A stretch of 64,000 nucleotides of DNA from Macrostomum lignano (lineage: Eukaryota). Position 1 is the first letter of the stretch. The number at the start of each line of letters is the position of its first letter. Positions 11,650 through 32,655 of the stretch are shown here, piece after piece. The notes beneath the pieces were generated by a model. It was not told where the DNA came from, did no database searches, and worked only from the letters and a program-made list of their open reading frames with translations. Position numbers and translations under genes: made by a program. The stretch is taken from assembly GCA_002269645.1 (NCBI GenBank), contig NIVC01003608.1, forward strand, positions 1-64,000, in the 5' to 3' direction.

Positions 11650-14035
11650 GAAGGAGACAGAGATGAGATGGTGGGAGAGGAGACAGAGATGAGATGGTGG
11701 GAGAGGAGACAGAGATGAGATGGTGGGAGAGGAGACAGAGATGCGAGGGTGGGAGAGGAGACAGAGATGAGATGGTGGGAGAGGAAACAGAGATGAGATG
11801 GTGGGAGAGGAGACAGAGATGCGAGGGTGGGAGAGGAGACAGAGATGAGAGGGTGGGAGAGGAGACAGAGATGAGAGGGTAGAGAGGAGACAGAGATGAG
11901 AGGGGAGAGAGGAGACAGAGATGCGAGGGTGGGAGAGGAGACAGAGATGAGAGGGGAGAGAGGAGACAGAGATGAGAGGGGAGAGAGGAGACAGAGATGC
12001 GAGGGTGGGAGAGGAGACAGAGATGAGAGGGGAGAGAAGAGACAGAGATGAGAGGGGAGAGAGGAGACAGAGATGAGAGGGTAGAGAGGAGACAGAGATG
12101 AGATGGTGGGAGAGGAGACAGAGATGCGAGGGTGGGAGAGGAGACAGAGATGAGATGGTGGGAGAGGAGACAGAGATGAGATGGTGGGAGAGGAGACAGA
12201 GATGAGATGGTGGGAGAGGAGACAGAGATGAGATGGTGGGAGAGGAGACAGAGATGAGAGGGTAGAGAGGAGACAGAGATGAGATGGTGGGAGAGGAGAC
12301 AGAGATGAGAGGGTAGAGAGGAGACAGAGATGAGAGGGGAGAGAGGAGACAGAGATGAGAGGGGAGAGAGGAGACAGAGATGCGAGGGTGGGAGAGGAGA
12401 CAGAGATGAGAGGGGAGAGAGGAGACAGAGATGAGAGGGGAGAGAGGAGACAGAGATGCGAGGGTGGGAGAGGAGACAGAGATGAGAGGGGAGAGAAGAG
12501 ACAGAGATGAGAGGGGAGAGAGGAGACAGAGATGAGAGGGTAGAGAGGAGACAGAGATGAGATGGTGGGAGAGGAGACAGAGATGCGAGGGTGGGAGAGG
12601 AGACAGAGATGAGATGGTGGGAGAGGAGACAAAGATGAGATGGTGGGAGAGGAGACAGAGATGAGATGGTGGGAGAGGAGACAGAGATGAGAGGGTAGAG
12701 AGGAGACAGAGATGAGATGGTGGGAGAGGAGACAGAGATGAGAGGGTAGAGAGGAGACAGAGATGAGAGGGGAGAGAGGAGACAGAGATGAGAGGGGAGA
12801 GAGGAGACAGAGATGCGAGGGTGGGAGAGGAGACAGAGATGAGAGGGTAGAGAGGAGACAGAGATGAGAGGGGAGAGAGGAGACAGAGATGCGAGGGTGG
12901 GAGAGGAGACAGAGATGCGAGGGTGGGAGAGGAGACAGAGATGAGAGGGGAGAGAGGAGACAGAGATGAGAGGGTAGAGAGGAGACAGAGATGCGAGGGT
13001 GGGAGAGGAGACAGAGATGAGAGGGTGTGAGGAGACAGATATGAGAGGGTGTGAGGAGAAAGAGATGAGAGGGTGGGAGAGGAGACAGAGATGAGATGGT
13101 GGGAGAGGAGACAGAGATGAGAGGGTAGAGAGGAGACAGAGATGAGAGGGGAGAGAGGAGACAGAGATGCGAGGGTGGGAGAGGAGACAGAGATGAGATG
13201 GTGGGAGAGGAGACAGAGATGAGAGGGTAGAGAGGAGACAGAGATGAGATGGTGGGAGAGGAGACAGAGATGAGAGGGGAGAGAGGAGACAGAGATGCGA
13301 GGGTGGGAGAGGAGACAGAGATGAGAGGGGAGAGAGGAGACAGAGATGCGAGGGTGGGAGAGGAGACAGAGATGCAATGGTGGGAGAGGAGACAGAGATG
13401 AGAGGGTAGAGAGGAGACAGAGATGAGAGGGTGGGAGAGGAGACAGAGATGCGAGGGTGGGAGAGGAGACAGAGATGCGAGGGTGGGAGAGGAGACAGAG
13501 ATGAGAGGGTAGAGAGGAGACAGAGATGAGAGGGGAGAGAGGAGACAGAGATGAGAGGGTGGGAGAGGAGACAGAGATGCGAGGATGGGAGAGGAGACAG
13601 AGATGCAATGGTGGGAGAGGAGACAGAGATGAGAGGGTAGAGAGGAGACAGAGATGAGAGGGTGGGAGAGGAGACAGAGATGCGAGGGTGGGAGAGGAGA
13701 CAGAGATGCGAGGGTGGGAGAGGAGACAGAGATGCAATGGTGGGAGAGGAGACAGAGATGAGAGGGTAGAGAGGAGACAGAGATGAGATGGTGGGAGAGG
13801 AGACAGAGATGAGAGGGTAGAGAGGAGACAGAGATGAGATGGTGGGAGAGGAGACAGAGATGAGGAGAAAGAGATGAGAGGGTGGGAGGAGACAGAGATG
13901 AGAGGGTGTGAGGAGACAGAGATGTGAGCGGAGAGAGGAGACAGGTGAGAGGCCGAAGAGACATGTGAGAGGGGGACAGAGGAGACAGGTGAGAGAGGGA
14001 GATATGAGAATGCGTGACTGAGACGCGGTGAGATA
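11650..14035. repeat. Purine-rich ~24-26-bp minisatellite (GAGAGGAGACAGAGATGAGAGGGTGG-like)
   Basis: Tandem units over 2.4 kb; source of the spurious 847- and 850-aa ORFs. Confidence 0.95.
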
Positions 14036-14475
14036 CAGAGGCCAGACACGAGAGTCTGAGGTAGATGACGTATTCCGTCATCAAATGCGGCCAGCAGAGA
14101 ATTCTCTGGCACTCCCACAGCCAATCAAAGAGCGGCATCCAGTCTCGCACCGGCAACTTCCCAGGGGACTTTCATTCTCAATTCCAGTTAAAATTGAAGT
14201 CAAACTAGACTATGAATATGAAAACTAGAGATTTTCACGCTTCTTCGACTTCCGCCACCCTTCCAGAAGCAGATCTCAGCTCTCCACCTCGGGTTCTCAA
14301 GGCAAGTGCCAAAGGATTCATTTGCATACGATTTGCACTGCACACTCGCGTTCTACGGCTTACTGTGCATTGTGTCTGCTCGGCACAGCGAATTTAGAAA
14401 ATGACTGAAAATGCCCCTGGCCTCGTTTAACCTTTGCTTTGATCGGTTAATCAGTTTATCATGCGTTTTTGTCCA

Positions 14476-14848
<373 letters not shown>

Positions 14849-15086
14849 GACAGTCGGTTGGGTATCAATATGCCCTTTTCTATGATTTTTCTGTGATTAT
14901 TGTTTATCTGTTTACAAAACTGGAACGAAATAATTTCAGAGAATTATGGAGTGATTTTTTAAATGACGCTACAAGTAACACTGGGTGCGGTGTTTGCCAA
15001 CGGAATTGATTGATTAACGGCTCTGAGAGAGGCTAGTTGAAATTTGAATATTTTATTTTTTTAAAATTGGAGCAATTTATCGAAGG

Positions 15087-15575
15087 AGTGAGAGAGAGAG
15101 AGAGAGAGTGAAGAGAGTGAGAGAGGAAAGAGAGGGGAGAGAGGGGAGAAAGGGAGAGGGGAAAGAGAGGGGAGAAAGGGAGAGGGGGAGAGAGGGGAGA
15201 AAGGGAGAGGGGGAGAGAGGGAGAGAGGGAGAGGGGGAGAGGGGGAGAGAGGGGAGAAAGGGAGAGGGGGAGAGAGGGGAGAAAGGGAGAGGGGGAGAGA
15301 GGGGATATAGGGAGAGGGGAGAGGGGAGAGAGAGGGGATATAGGGAGAGGGGGAGAGAGAGGGGATATAGGGAGAGGGGGAGAGAGAGGGGAGAAAGGGA
15401 GAGGGGGAGAGAGGGGAGAAAGGGAGAGGGGGAGAGAGGGGAGAAAGGGAGAGGGGGAGAGAGGAGAGAAAGGGAGAGGGTGAGAGAGAGGGGAGAAAGG
15501 TAGAGAGGGGGAGAGAGAGGGGAGAAAGGGAGAGGGGGAGAGAGAGGGGAGAAAGGTAGAGAGGGGAGAGAGGAG
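15087..15575. repeat. Polypurine (GA-rich) degenerate tandem repeat
   Basis: GGGAGAAAGGGAGAGGGGGAGAGAG-type units. Confidence 0.9.
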
Positions 15576-16289
15576 GGCAACGATCCAATCTCATGGACTA
15601 ATAATAGTGAAAGAGGGCGATATTTCGAGTTTAGGTTACTCCTTACTAGAGATAAAGAGAGGAAGATAAGGAGAGGCGAGAGAGAGGAGAGAGTGAGAGA
15701 GGGGCAGGACCTTGCACACTGCTACTAGAAGATGTCCACCAGGCCGACAGTCTGACTGCAGGTTGCCAACTCGGACTGCAGCGAGAACATCTCAGCCCCC
15801 GGTTCATTGACTGTTAATGGCGGTAATTCGAGCTTCGAGCAGGCATGGCTGGCTGTCCATAGACACAAAATTAATCGATGGTGAATAGCGAGTGTTGCAG
15901 ACTCTGAGGGGAAGGGGGCTGAAAGAGCGTCGGTCCCATTGTTTCTATTCACTGGCATTGAAGCGCTGACATGGCCTACTAGATGAAACAGAGCCCTTCT
16001 TATGAGTTAATCCTACTATCTATCCATCCACATGCACCCCATGCCGCCTGAGTGCTAGGCAAACATTGGACTCTAATAGAGCCGCAGTCTCATTGAGTTC
16101 GGCAGCGGGCTTGTAAGAGTACGAGAAATGAGACAAGTATAGTTCTTTGGTTTTTCACTGTCTACATCTTTATAGATACTAATTAGTGCCTGCGTTACTC
16201 AGGATGGGAAAGATGTTATTGTCGTTAAGTTCCGATGCTGAGGAATCGGCCTTGCGGAATTCGAGTAATAATAAGGCAACAGCTGGGGA

Positions 16290-16965
16290 CACAGAGGGAG
16301 GGGATGGCAGCTCAAACTAAAGGAGGGGATGGCGGCTCAGGCTAAAGGAGGGGATGGTGGCTCAGGCTAGTGGTGATAATGGCGGCTCAAGTTGAGTACA
16401 CTGAGGGAAGGGAAGGCGGCTCAAGCTGAGTACACTGAGGGAAGCGAAGGCGGCTCAAGCTGGGTACACTGAGGGAAGCGAAGGCAGCTCAAGCTGGGTA
16501 CACTGAGGGAAGCGAAGGCAGCTCAAGCTGGGTACACTGAGGGAAGCGAAGGCAGCTCAAGCTGGGTACACTGAGGGAAGCGAAGGCGGCTCAAGCTGAG
16601 TACACTGAGGGAAGCGAAGGCAGCTCAAGCTGGGTACACTGAGGGAGGGGATGGCGGCACAAGCTGGGTACACTGAGGGAAGCAAAGGCGGCTCAAGTTG
16701 AGTACACTGAGGGAGGGGATGGCGGCACAAGCTGAGTACACTGAGGGAGGGGATGGCGGCACAAGCTGAGTACACTGAGGGAGGGGATGGAGGCACAAGC
16801 TGAGTACACTGAGGGAGGGGATGGCGGCACAAGCTGAGTACACTGAGGGAGGGGATGGCGGCACAAGCTGAGTACACTGAGGGAGGGGATGGCGGCACAA
16901 GCTGAGTACACTGAGGGAGGGGATGGCGGTACAAGCTGAGTACACTGAGGAAGGGACGGCGGCTC
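16290..16965. repeat. 34-bp minisatellite (GAGGGAGGGGATGGCGGCACAAGCTGAGTACACT), probably in the 5'-UTR intron of the NPF-like gene
   Basis: Tandem units, followed by an acceptor-like CCGCGCCAG| just upstream of the ATG at 17014. Confidence 0.9.
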
Positions 16966-17013
16966 AAGCTTCAAAATACCCCCCCCCCTGTCCACCCGCG
17001 CCAGACACAAGAA

Positions 17014-17880
<867 letters not shown>

Positions 17881-19081
17881 TGCGCACTGGGCCTGGGACC
17901 TCTGCCACGTGACGCTCGATGCCAAGAGCAGTTTCAATAAGATAATGATGTGTACGAAGCAAACAATTAAAGCTGCAGCTGGTATCAAAGTAGTACATTT
18001 TAAATACGCTCGTACTGCAACACTACCTTGTAAGAGATCTAGGAGGACATTAACATCTAAAGTAGACTCTCACATGAGCAGTGAATCTAAATAGAATACG
18101 ACCGTATGCCAGCAGAAAAGTGCAAGCAAATCTCCTTACAAGTTGCACGCTGAAAATCAATTCCAACTTGATGTTTTTATCCTGCCTAATTCCTTTCCTG
18201 AATATATACATACTACATAATCAAAATTAAGTATACATCGGGCTTATCAATAAACTAATTCTTGTACACAAATTTTAAGTCATTCGTCTAAGTCAGAAAA
18301 TCTGTTAGATGGGACATTCTGTAATAATGAGCCTGGTTTACGTCACACCAGTCTGTTTATTTTACCACCTGTAAAGTTCGAACCTGAAAATAAGGAGGAA
18401 TATTATATGCAAACTTGCAATAATTGTATAAATACATGTATTTGGCGTGAAAATAAATAAATATTGGACGGAGATATGGTGGTGAAAACTAACATGGACT
18501 CTTCCTTCCCCAAGAAAGCTATACTCAGAAATTCTACGAAAAACCGACTCAGGTGAGCGTACAGTAAACATGGAGAGGAACTTACTACTTTTATACCTAT
18601 CAAGATATTTGTAAAGCATAGAATGCGTAAACAGCTTTTAAAAGACCAATTTTAGCGAGCTAAAAAAGCCTAAAAAACTGACATTTTCAAGCAAATATTA
18701 TCTTGCTTTCCGGTACTTCGCTTGTTGCATTTTCAAACAATTAAATAAGTAATTGATTCGTACATGTAAATGTTTCGTATGAACAAGACGGCATTTATTG
18801 GGTCCATTTAACTTGTTTTTTGGGTATTTAAACAAATAATTTTACTAAATTAATAATTATTTCGTGCTACTGTATAAGTTTACAAAAATCTAAGCTAATA
18901 CTTTAGGAAAAAGCGTTTTTTAGGAATAAAAATGCATTTTAAATGAAAGAATGTCCTGGCAACATATATTTATGCCGAATTGTAACTGATTTGAATTTAA
19001 AAATTCTGTGCAATTCTTTGATATTCATGATATTCTGTTAGTGTTTGCAATTGGTGAACACTTTTCTTTGCGATTTTATAA

Positions 19082-25962
<6,881 letters not shown>

Positions 25963-26134
25963 GGCTGCGGCTGGGACTAATTTTTATTTAAGTTAAACTG
26001 AATTCAATTTTCAGCTTTGTATTTCTGCTTGCTAAACTTACTTTTTTAATATGGCAGGAGATTCTTCTCAATGACAGTATGGTCTCTGTCTGCTTTTAAA
26101 TTTGACCTTTCCTGAACCAACGGTTTTCCTTGGA

Positions 26135-26405
26135 TACGGGATTTCCCTTAGCGACGGGATTTCCCTTAGCGAAGGGATTTCCCTAAGAGGACTGGATATC
26201 CTTTAGCGACGGGATTTCCCTAAGAGGACTGGATATCCTTTAGCGACGGGATTTCCCTAAGAGGACTAGATTTCCCTTAGCGAAGGGATTTCCCTAAGAG
26301 GACTAGATTTCCCTTAGCAACTGGATTTCCCTTAGCGAAGGGATTTCCCTAAGAGGACTAGATTTCCCTTAGCTACGGGATTTCCCTAAGAGGACTGGAT
26401 TCCCC
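26135..26405. repeat. Composite 18/19-bp tandem repeat built on GGGATTTCCC, downstream of CCDC170
   Basis: Alternating GGGATTTCCCTTAGCGA(C/A) and GG(G)ATTTCCCTAAGAGGACT units. Confidence 0.85.
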
Positions 26406-27481
26406 TTTGTATGGCATACACTGCACTCTCGACTAAACTTTTTATTTTTCTTACCTAGTTTCGACCAATCATGCATCACTTCCCCCACCCCCGATATTGA
26501 CTAACAAATATATTGAGCAGACAATGCCATACAGAGACCACCTTTTTCGGCACTCCAACGTTCCATAAAAATATGTTTAAATCCAGGCAAACAGACTATC
26601 TAGATACTATCTGAATGAGTAGCTGTAGTTGAACACAGGTCAGTCAGTCAATAGACGACAATATGTTTCAATAGTGTCTTGGTATTTTTATGGTCTATCT
26701 ACTTTCTCTTGTATTTACGCAGACTCAGCTTGGAAGACAAAATATTTGATCTATTGTTAACAAAAAACATTAGCTCAGGTAGATTTCCTCTCAGAAAAGC
26801 ACTGCGATTAATTATCGGAAAAATCTTTTTCTTTAACAATTTTCTCGCGATATTAATATTAATTTTTCTTCGTTGTTGCGTATCAGCCTACTGCCGTAAG
26901 TAGAAATGTTCAGAAAAAGTCGTCCCTTTTTGGTTTCTTCTCTAGGAATATTATTCGAATTTAATTTTCGCGTTTTTATTTCTTTATTTCTTATGATTTG
27001 TTAATTTTTTGAACATTTTTAAAAAAGAGAAGGTTGATTTTCAACAATCACAGCTCAGTTGTATGAAAACGCTGCTTGTTGTGCCCTAGTTTGAGTGACT
27101 GCACAACCGCCTTCAAATTTGCATTAATTAACTTTCTAATTGACTGACTACTCAAACAGAATATGGATCTGCAGCCACTGTTATCTATTTGTCTCTAATT
27201 ACTATTTATTGTCTTCTGTGTACTGCGATTATATATCTATATACTCGTATAATCTATCCATGAATATTTATGACAATGACTATCATTTCCTAACTTGATG
27301 CATATAAATTCTTTTTTGATGTGAAAAATACTAAATAATATTTTTAATACACTGCTATAGAATTTTGCCTGCGCTGGGCCGCCGGTCAGGTGAAATATTA
27401 TTGAAATTTCCTAAAAATAAAATGAATTTTTCAGTACAGCTGTGTTCTATGAACTTATGAGAACTCGGAGACGTCCCTTGC

Positions 27482-28045
27482 AGTTGCCACCCTCCCCACC
27501 TCCAGTGGCTGCCACCCTCCCCACCTCCAGTGGCTGCCACCCTCCCCACCTCCAGTGGCTGCCACCCTCCCCACCTCCAGTGGCTGCCACCCTCCCCACC
27601 TTCAGTGGCTGCCACCCTCCCCACCTCCAGTGGCTGCCACCCTCCCCACCTCCAGTGGCTGCCACCCTCCCCACCTCCAGTGGCTGCCACCCTCCCCACC
27701 TTCAGTGGCTGCCACCCTCCCCACCTTCAGTGGCTGCCACCCTCCCCACCTTCAGTGGCTGCCACCCTCCCCACCTTCAGTGGCTGCCACCCTCCCCACC
27801 TTCAGTGGCTGCCACCCTCCCCACCTCCAGTGGCTGCCACCCTCCCCACCTTCAGTGGCTGCCACCCTCCCCACCTTCAGTGGCTGCCGCCCGATCCCCA
27901 CCTTCAGTGGCTGCCACCCTCCCCACCTTCAGTGGCTGCCACCCTCCTCACCTTCAGTGGCTGCCACCCTCCCCACCTCCAGTGGCTGCCACCCTCCCCA
28001 CCTTCAGTGGCTGCCACTCTCCCCACCTCCAGTGGCTGGCACCCT
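27482..28045. repeat. 25-bp C-rich minisatellite (GCCACCCTCCCCACCTCCAGTGGCT)
   Basis: Direct inspection. Confidence 0.95.
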
Positions 28046-28645
28046 CCTTACCATTTAAAACTAAATCTTAAATTATAATCTTAGAATCTCATAGATCATA
28101 AATCTTATTACAGACATATCTTTAAGTCTAACTTGGGATCTGTTGCATTTAGACAGACATTTTCACTAATTTGTTTACAATTTTGTTTAGTATACTTATA
28201 AAGCACAAATTAGCTCTACTCCTAATATCAGGAGTCTTTGAAGTTACCAGTATATAATTTTAAGGATCGCATTAATAATGAGCTAAACTATGCCAAAAAC
28301 TGATCAGTGCTTTAATTCGCACTTTATCGAATAAACAAACTTTGAAATACCAACTTATCAAAAAAATTGTTTTCTAAAATGAAAAGCTTGCACCATTATA
28401 AGCTCCAATTTATCACTTTTGAGTTGCATTGCAGAAATAAAATAATTTCAACCTAACGAAGCATTGCTGAGTGCTTAAACTTAATTATGCTTGCTGTTTA
28501 TATTTGGTAAAACTGATCAGCAAAGAGAGCTGTGTAAATTTTACCCTCAACACTAAACAACAATGTGGTCAAGAGTCAGAGTTCAGAATCCGGTCAGTCA
28601 TTGTCTATGAAGCGACATCGATCTCAGATGCAGCGGAGAGCTCAT

Positions 28646-28834
28646 CTAACCGAAATGAATATGGATGAACTTCTTCTTCAGCTTCGGGCTCTGCTCCTGC
28701 GACAGGCTGGATTCGTCCAGGTTGGACAGAGTCTCCTCCAGCACACGTTCGGCGTGGGCCTTCTCCTCCTGGGTGGGCATGGCGACGGCCATGGCTGCGA
28801 ACAGCAAAAGTCCGAGAGCGAGTTGCCACTTCAT
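28646..28834 (-). CDS. Short secreted peptide precursor (62 aa), predicted to release FIHIHF-amide
   Basis: MKWQLALGLLLFAAMAVA (signal) - MPTQEEKAHAERVLEETLSNLDESSLSQEQSPKL (acidic spacer) - KKK - FIHIHF - G - stop. GC3-rich codon usage matches neighbouring genes, against an AT-rich background. Confidence 0.75.
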   Translation of the reverse strand: MKWQLALGLLLFAAMAVAMPTQEEKAHAERVLEETLSNLDESSLSQEQSPKLKKKFIHIHFG

Positions 28835-28914
28835 GATTGCTTGAGTCGAGTCGAGTCTTCGAGCTGTGTAGATTGAGTCGAATGTGAGATTGTTGTGTTG
28901 AGCAGTCGGCAATT

Positions 28915-28952
28915 CCGAATTTATGCACATCAGATTGGCACGTGTTTCCGGT
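28915..28952 (-). promoter_or_regulatory. Compact candidate promoter of the FIHIHF-amide precursor
   Basis: On the - strand: CCGGAAA (ETS-like), CACGTG (E-box), CCAATC and a TATA-like CATAAAT, in order, ~85-115 nt upstream of the ATG. Confidence 0.4.
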
Positions 28953-29749
28953 CCTAGGAGAAACGTTTGATTTGTCTGCATTCACGAGAGCAGAGTCTGA
29001 GTGACATCTCTTTATTTAATGACAGCTGTCAGTCAACTAGTTACATCAAAAGAGCATTTTCAGTGTAATTGCATTCAGCTCACTGCAGTGTAGTTGACCT
29101 TAGTTATTTTCGAAGTTACATTTGATGAAGCCTCTAATGATGAAGCCGTTGGTACTCTCGCAATGACGCTTCTCAATTCAATACCCAATTGTCTATGGCT
29201 AAAGTTGAGGCTCCTCCCCACACCCAGTCTTTTCACGTCCAGTAAGATAAGTTGAAATGGATTCTGAGAGTTATTAATTCCATAGAAGATGAAGCACGCT
29301 TTTCCGGGAACTATTTTTAGTGCTCATAAAGAGCGTGATGCAACTCTCGTGGATTTGCAGGGCACGGTCAGGGCCATAGACAAAAAGAACAAAAATTAAA
29401 GCCGCAACGAGATTTAGCATTTGAAATTGCGGGCACTATGAGAGTTTCATCATGCTCCATCGCACGATAAAATTGGTTTAAAGTATGTGCAAAGCAAAGA
29501 GTACCAAGCTAACAATTAGCACTGTACTCTGAGTATGTTTGGCAAATATTGTCCATGGCAAATATAGTAAAGAAACTTGGCAAAAAGACGCTGTTAGAAA
29601 TTAAAACAAAACGCAACGCGCATGCCAGAGCAGAAGGAAAATTTGTTTCGTGTAACCAGTTGGCGCTAAAAATCCGAAATAGAATCGTCGGGTACGAACG
29701 AGAGCTACCCGGAATCCATAGCTTGAGGGGCTTCCTCATTGAGTCATGA

Positions 29750-29975
29750 TGGCCAGGAGCCAGGAGTGACAGCCAGGAGCGACAGCCAGGAGGGACAACC
29801 AGGAGTGACAGAAGGAGTGACAGCCGGGAGTGACAGCCGGGAGTGACAGCCAGGAGTGACAGCCAGGAGTGACAGCCAGGAGTGACAGCCAGGAGTGACA
29901 ACCAGGAGTGACAGAAGGAGTGACAGCCAGTAGTGACAGCCAGGAGTGACAGCCGGGAGTGACAGCCAGGAGTGA
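29750..29975. repeat. 13-bp minisatellite (CCAGGAGTGACAG)
   Basis: Direct inspection. Confidence 0.9.
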
Positions 29976-30504
29976 TAGCGGGCTTGATAGAGACCATGGT
30001 AGTGATAGCAGTGACAGTGTTGCTGGAGTGACAGATAAACTGTAAGATTCCGAATAGTTTTAGCGCAAGATCGAGTAAAGCATGAAGTGCAGCATTGCGA
30101 CGCGGTGACTTGTGGCAGACACAAGCTACAAGCTATAGGGTTTTGCAAGAACAACAGCCATTAAAATCTAGCTAATTCACAATAGATAGTATTTAAAGTA
30201 GCGAACACGCATCTATTGAGTTAGTAATGACGTTTTAAAGCTGCGAAGCGATGCAGTCTCAGATTCTGGGCAGGAAGAAATGCACGAACATAGAGTGAAC
30301 TATAAGGACAGTCGACAGGGTGAGCCAGGTGTGTACGCGGCCTGTTTTTTACCTGCCAACTCTGGATCGGCACCTCCTGGCCTGCTGAGTAGCCGCTGCT
30401 GACCGCCTGACTGGCATGGACTCCGTTGTCCTTGGACTTTGGGATAATGAGGATTGAGACGGATAAGGTCAGGATGGGCCATGCATCAGTGGGGAATGTG
30501 CTAA

Positions 30505-30770
30505 GAGACTGGGAAGGGAGAGAGGGAGACTGAGAGGGGAGAGAGGGAGACTGAGAGGGGAGAGAGGGAGACTGAGAAGGGAGAGATGGAGACTGAGAGG
30601 GGAAAGAGGGAGACTGGGAAGGGAGAGAGGGAGACTGAGAAGGGAGAGATCGAGACTGGGAGGGGAGAGAGGGAGATTGGGAAGGGAGAGAGGGAGACTG
30701 GGAGGGGAGAGCTGAGGGAGACTGGGAAGGGAGAGAGGGAGACTGGGAGGGGAGAGCTGAGGGAGAGGAA
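30505..30770. repeat. Purine-rich 21-bp degenerate repeat (GGGAGAGAGGGAGACTG...)
   Basis: Direct inspection. Confidence 0.85.
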
Positions 30771-31620
30771 GCACTCAGGTTGGGGGTTCCGAGAAGTTAG
30801 AACAGTCAGTAAAACAAATTTTGCTAGTAAAATAACAGCTCAAAATCGCAATTAGACCAACCAGCACAATGATTAAAAAGTCCCAGTCACCAATAAAGTT
30901 TTCTTTTAAAATCCGATTTTATTTATAGCCTCTACTACTGCAAGTAGTTAGCGCGAATTTTTCAATTACGCAAGTGAAGAATTTCAATTAGAAAATGTAA
31001 AAATAAGTCAGCTGCCTCCCCGCGAAAAGTGAAAAAATATTTTTAGTTTAATAAATTTGCTGTACCTTTCAAAAGCTGATGCTGGATGATGGTGGAACGG
31101 TTCCTGCTAAAAATAGTGAAGTTGTAATGGCATGGAGACCAGCAGTCCAACAGGGAATTACTTATTCTAAGTGAAGAGCTACAGTACCTCATGCATTGAG
31201 AACTTTGCTAATACATTAAAAATCATGCAGCTTGTATAATCAAATAGCAAACAGTGCTTCATACCCTCAGGGACTACTTATTGTCGTTTATATCTTACCT
31301 GAACAAGGACTAAATTATGTACATGCTATGAAGAAAATTACACTTCGGCGAGTTTCTGGAGCCGGGCAACATAAAATTGAATATTCAGCCTCCAATAAAA
31401 TTCGCACGTCTTGAGCGTGTCGCGTCCTGCTACTTAAGTAGTCCGTGTGACTGCCACCCTCCCTGCACGTCAGAGACTACTATACGCGTGAAACTCTTGG
31501 TCAATGGTACTTCAAGTAGTGCACCACATATAAAAGAAAATAACTATCACAATCGAATTGTAAAATTTGGTAGAATCGATATAATAACGTGTTTATTGCG
31601 GCCCATCAGACTGGATTGCA

Positions 31621-32468
31621 GTTCTGTCTCGCATAGAGGCGCCTAACCGCAGTACCCCTGTGAAACTTGTCTCTGCCTGGCTGAAAGCTTGTTATGAGTG
31701 AGTAGGCTGGGTTGGAGGGTAATAGTGGATCGGGAAGGGCTGCGGGTAGCTGTATAGGAAGGCAGGCCTATACCTGTTCCAGTGGTGCATTGACGGTCTC
31801 CCTCAAGTGCCCTCTGAGCGAACAGCCAGCGACCCTATTAAAGCTGGAGTGTGCCAGAACCAGGACTGAGTCTGAGCAGGACGAGACCGTTGGCACGGTC
31901 ACTATAGAAATGGCGGGTTGGCGAAGCAAAGGGTGAAATAGTCCCGGCGATTAGCCCTCCTGCCGCTTCAAAGATAAGAGACTGTCTGGCAAGAGTACCC
32001 GGGGTTTAGTTGGGGAGGTTCCTCGAGGGTTGCCACGGCCGTGGGGGCGGTCATACGACCGGTTTTTTTGGCTTTCCTAACCCGGTGAAGGCACGGGCTT
32101 CCCTGATTGGTTCGCACTCCCCCTCTGGCCCCGGGGAGGTTTTCGATTTGTACCCGGGGGTGGTGGGCGGTCGGCCCCAGCATGGTTGCCACGGCTCTCG
32201 GCCTTCGGGCCAACCCTAATAGGCAAGGGGTCTTTCTAACCTGGTTTTTGGGCACGGGCTCCCTGACTGGTTTGTCGAACCGCTGTCACTGTCCCCCGGG
32301 GAAGTTTGGTTTTTGTGATATTGCCCTTTGTACAGTCCTCTATAGTCTAACCTGGCTTTTTGTGTACATAAGTACACTCCCTATTTGGAATCTAAGTTTT
32401 CACTAGTGGCGTAAGAGCCTGATCAATGGCTGGGGCGCCGAATTACTTATTACTGTTACTGTTACGGC
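31621..32468 (+). mobile_element. Non-coding retroposon-like insertion with (TTACTG)n-like tail, bounded by a 22-bp direct repeat
   Basis: CGGCCCATCAGACTGGATTGCA occurs at 31599-31620 and 32660-32681. The GC-rich body has an internal ~90-bp duplication (GGTTGCCACGGC...GGCACGGGCT.CCTGA) and ends TTACTTATTACTGTTACTGTTAC. Confidence 0.55.
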
Positions 32469-32655
32469 CAGTGGCGCAACCAGGGGGGGGGGCGGGGGGG
32501 CGGTCGCCCCCCCCTTAGGCGGGGGACCGAAAAAAAATCTAAGGGGGACCAAGCGAATTTTCGCCAAAAACAGAGCCACCCCTCCGCCGCCCCCCCTCCC
32601 GGGACTTTACCCTCAGAATCCGCCCCCCCTTGAAAAATTTCTGGTTGCGCTACTG
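32469..32655. mobile_element. 187-bp hAT-type MITE
   Basis: 15-bp TIRs CAGTGGCGCAACCAG / CTGGTTGCGCTACTG (1 mismatch) with a perfect 8-bp TSD GTTACGGC at 32461-32468 and 32656-32663. Confidence 0.9.

Noticed and set aside
15725-15958. GC-richer 77-aa ORF; likewise 14050-14160, 30300-30482 and 57912-58271
   Set aside because: No recognisable motifs, no consistent splice partners and no coding-style codon bias; possibly old TE fragments or UTR exons.
32415-32450. Hammerhead-ribozyme-like core (CTGATCA..GGC..GCC-GAAT) near the retroposon 3' end
   Set aside because: The core deviates from CUGANGA/GAAA at two catalytic positions, and I could not form stems I and III. At most a decayed Penelope-type remnant; an Infernal search of family copies would settle it.
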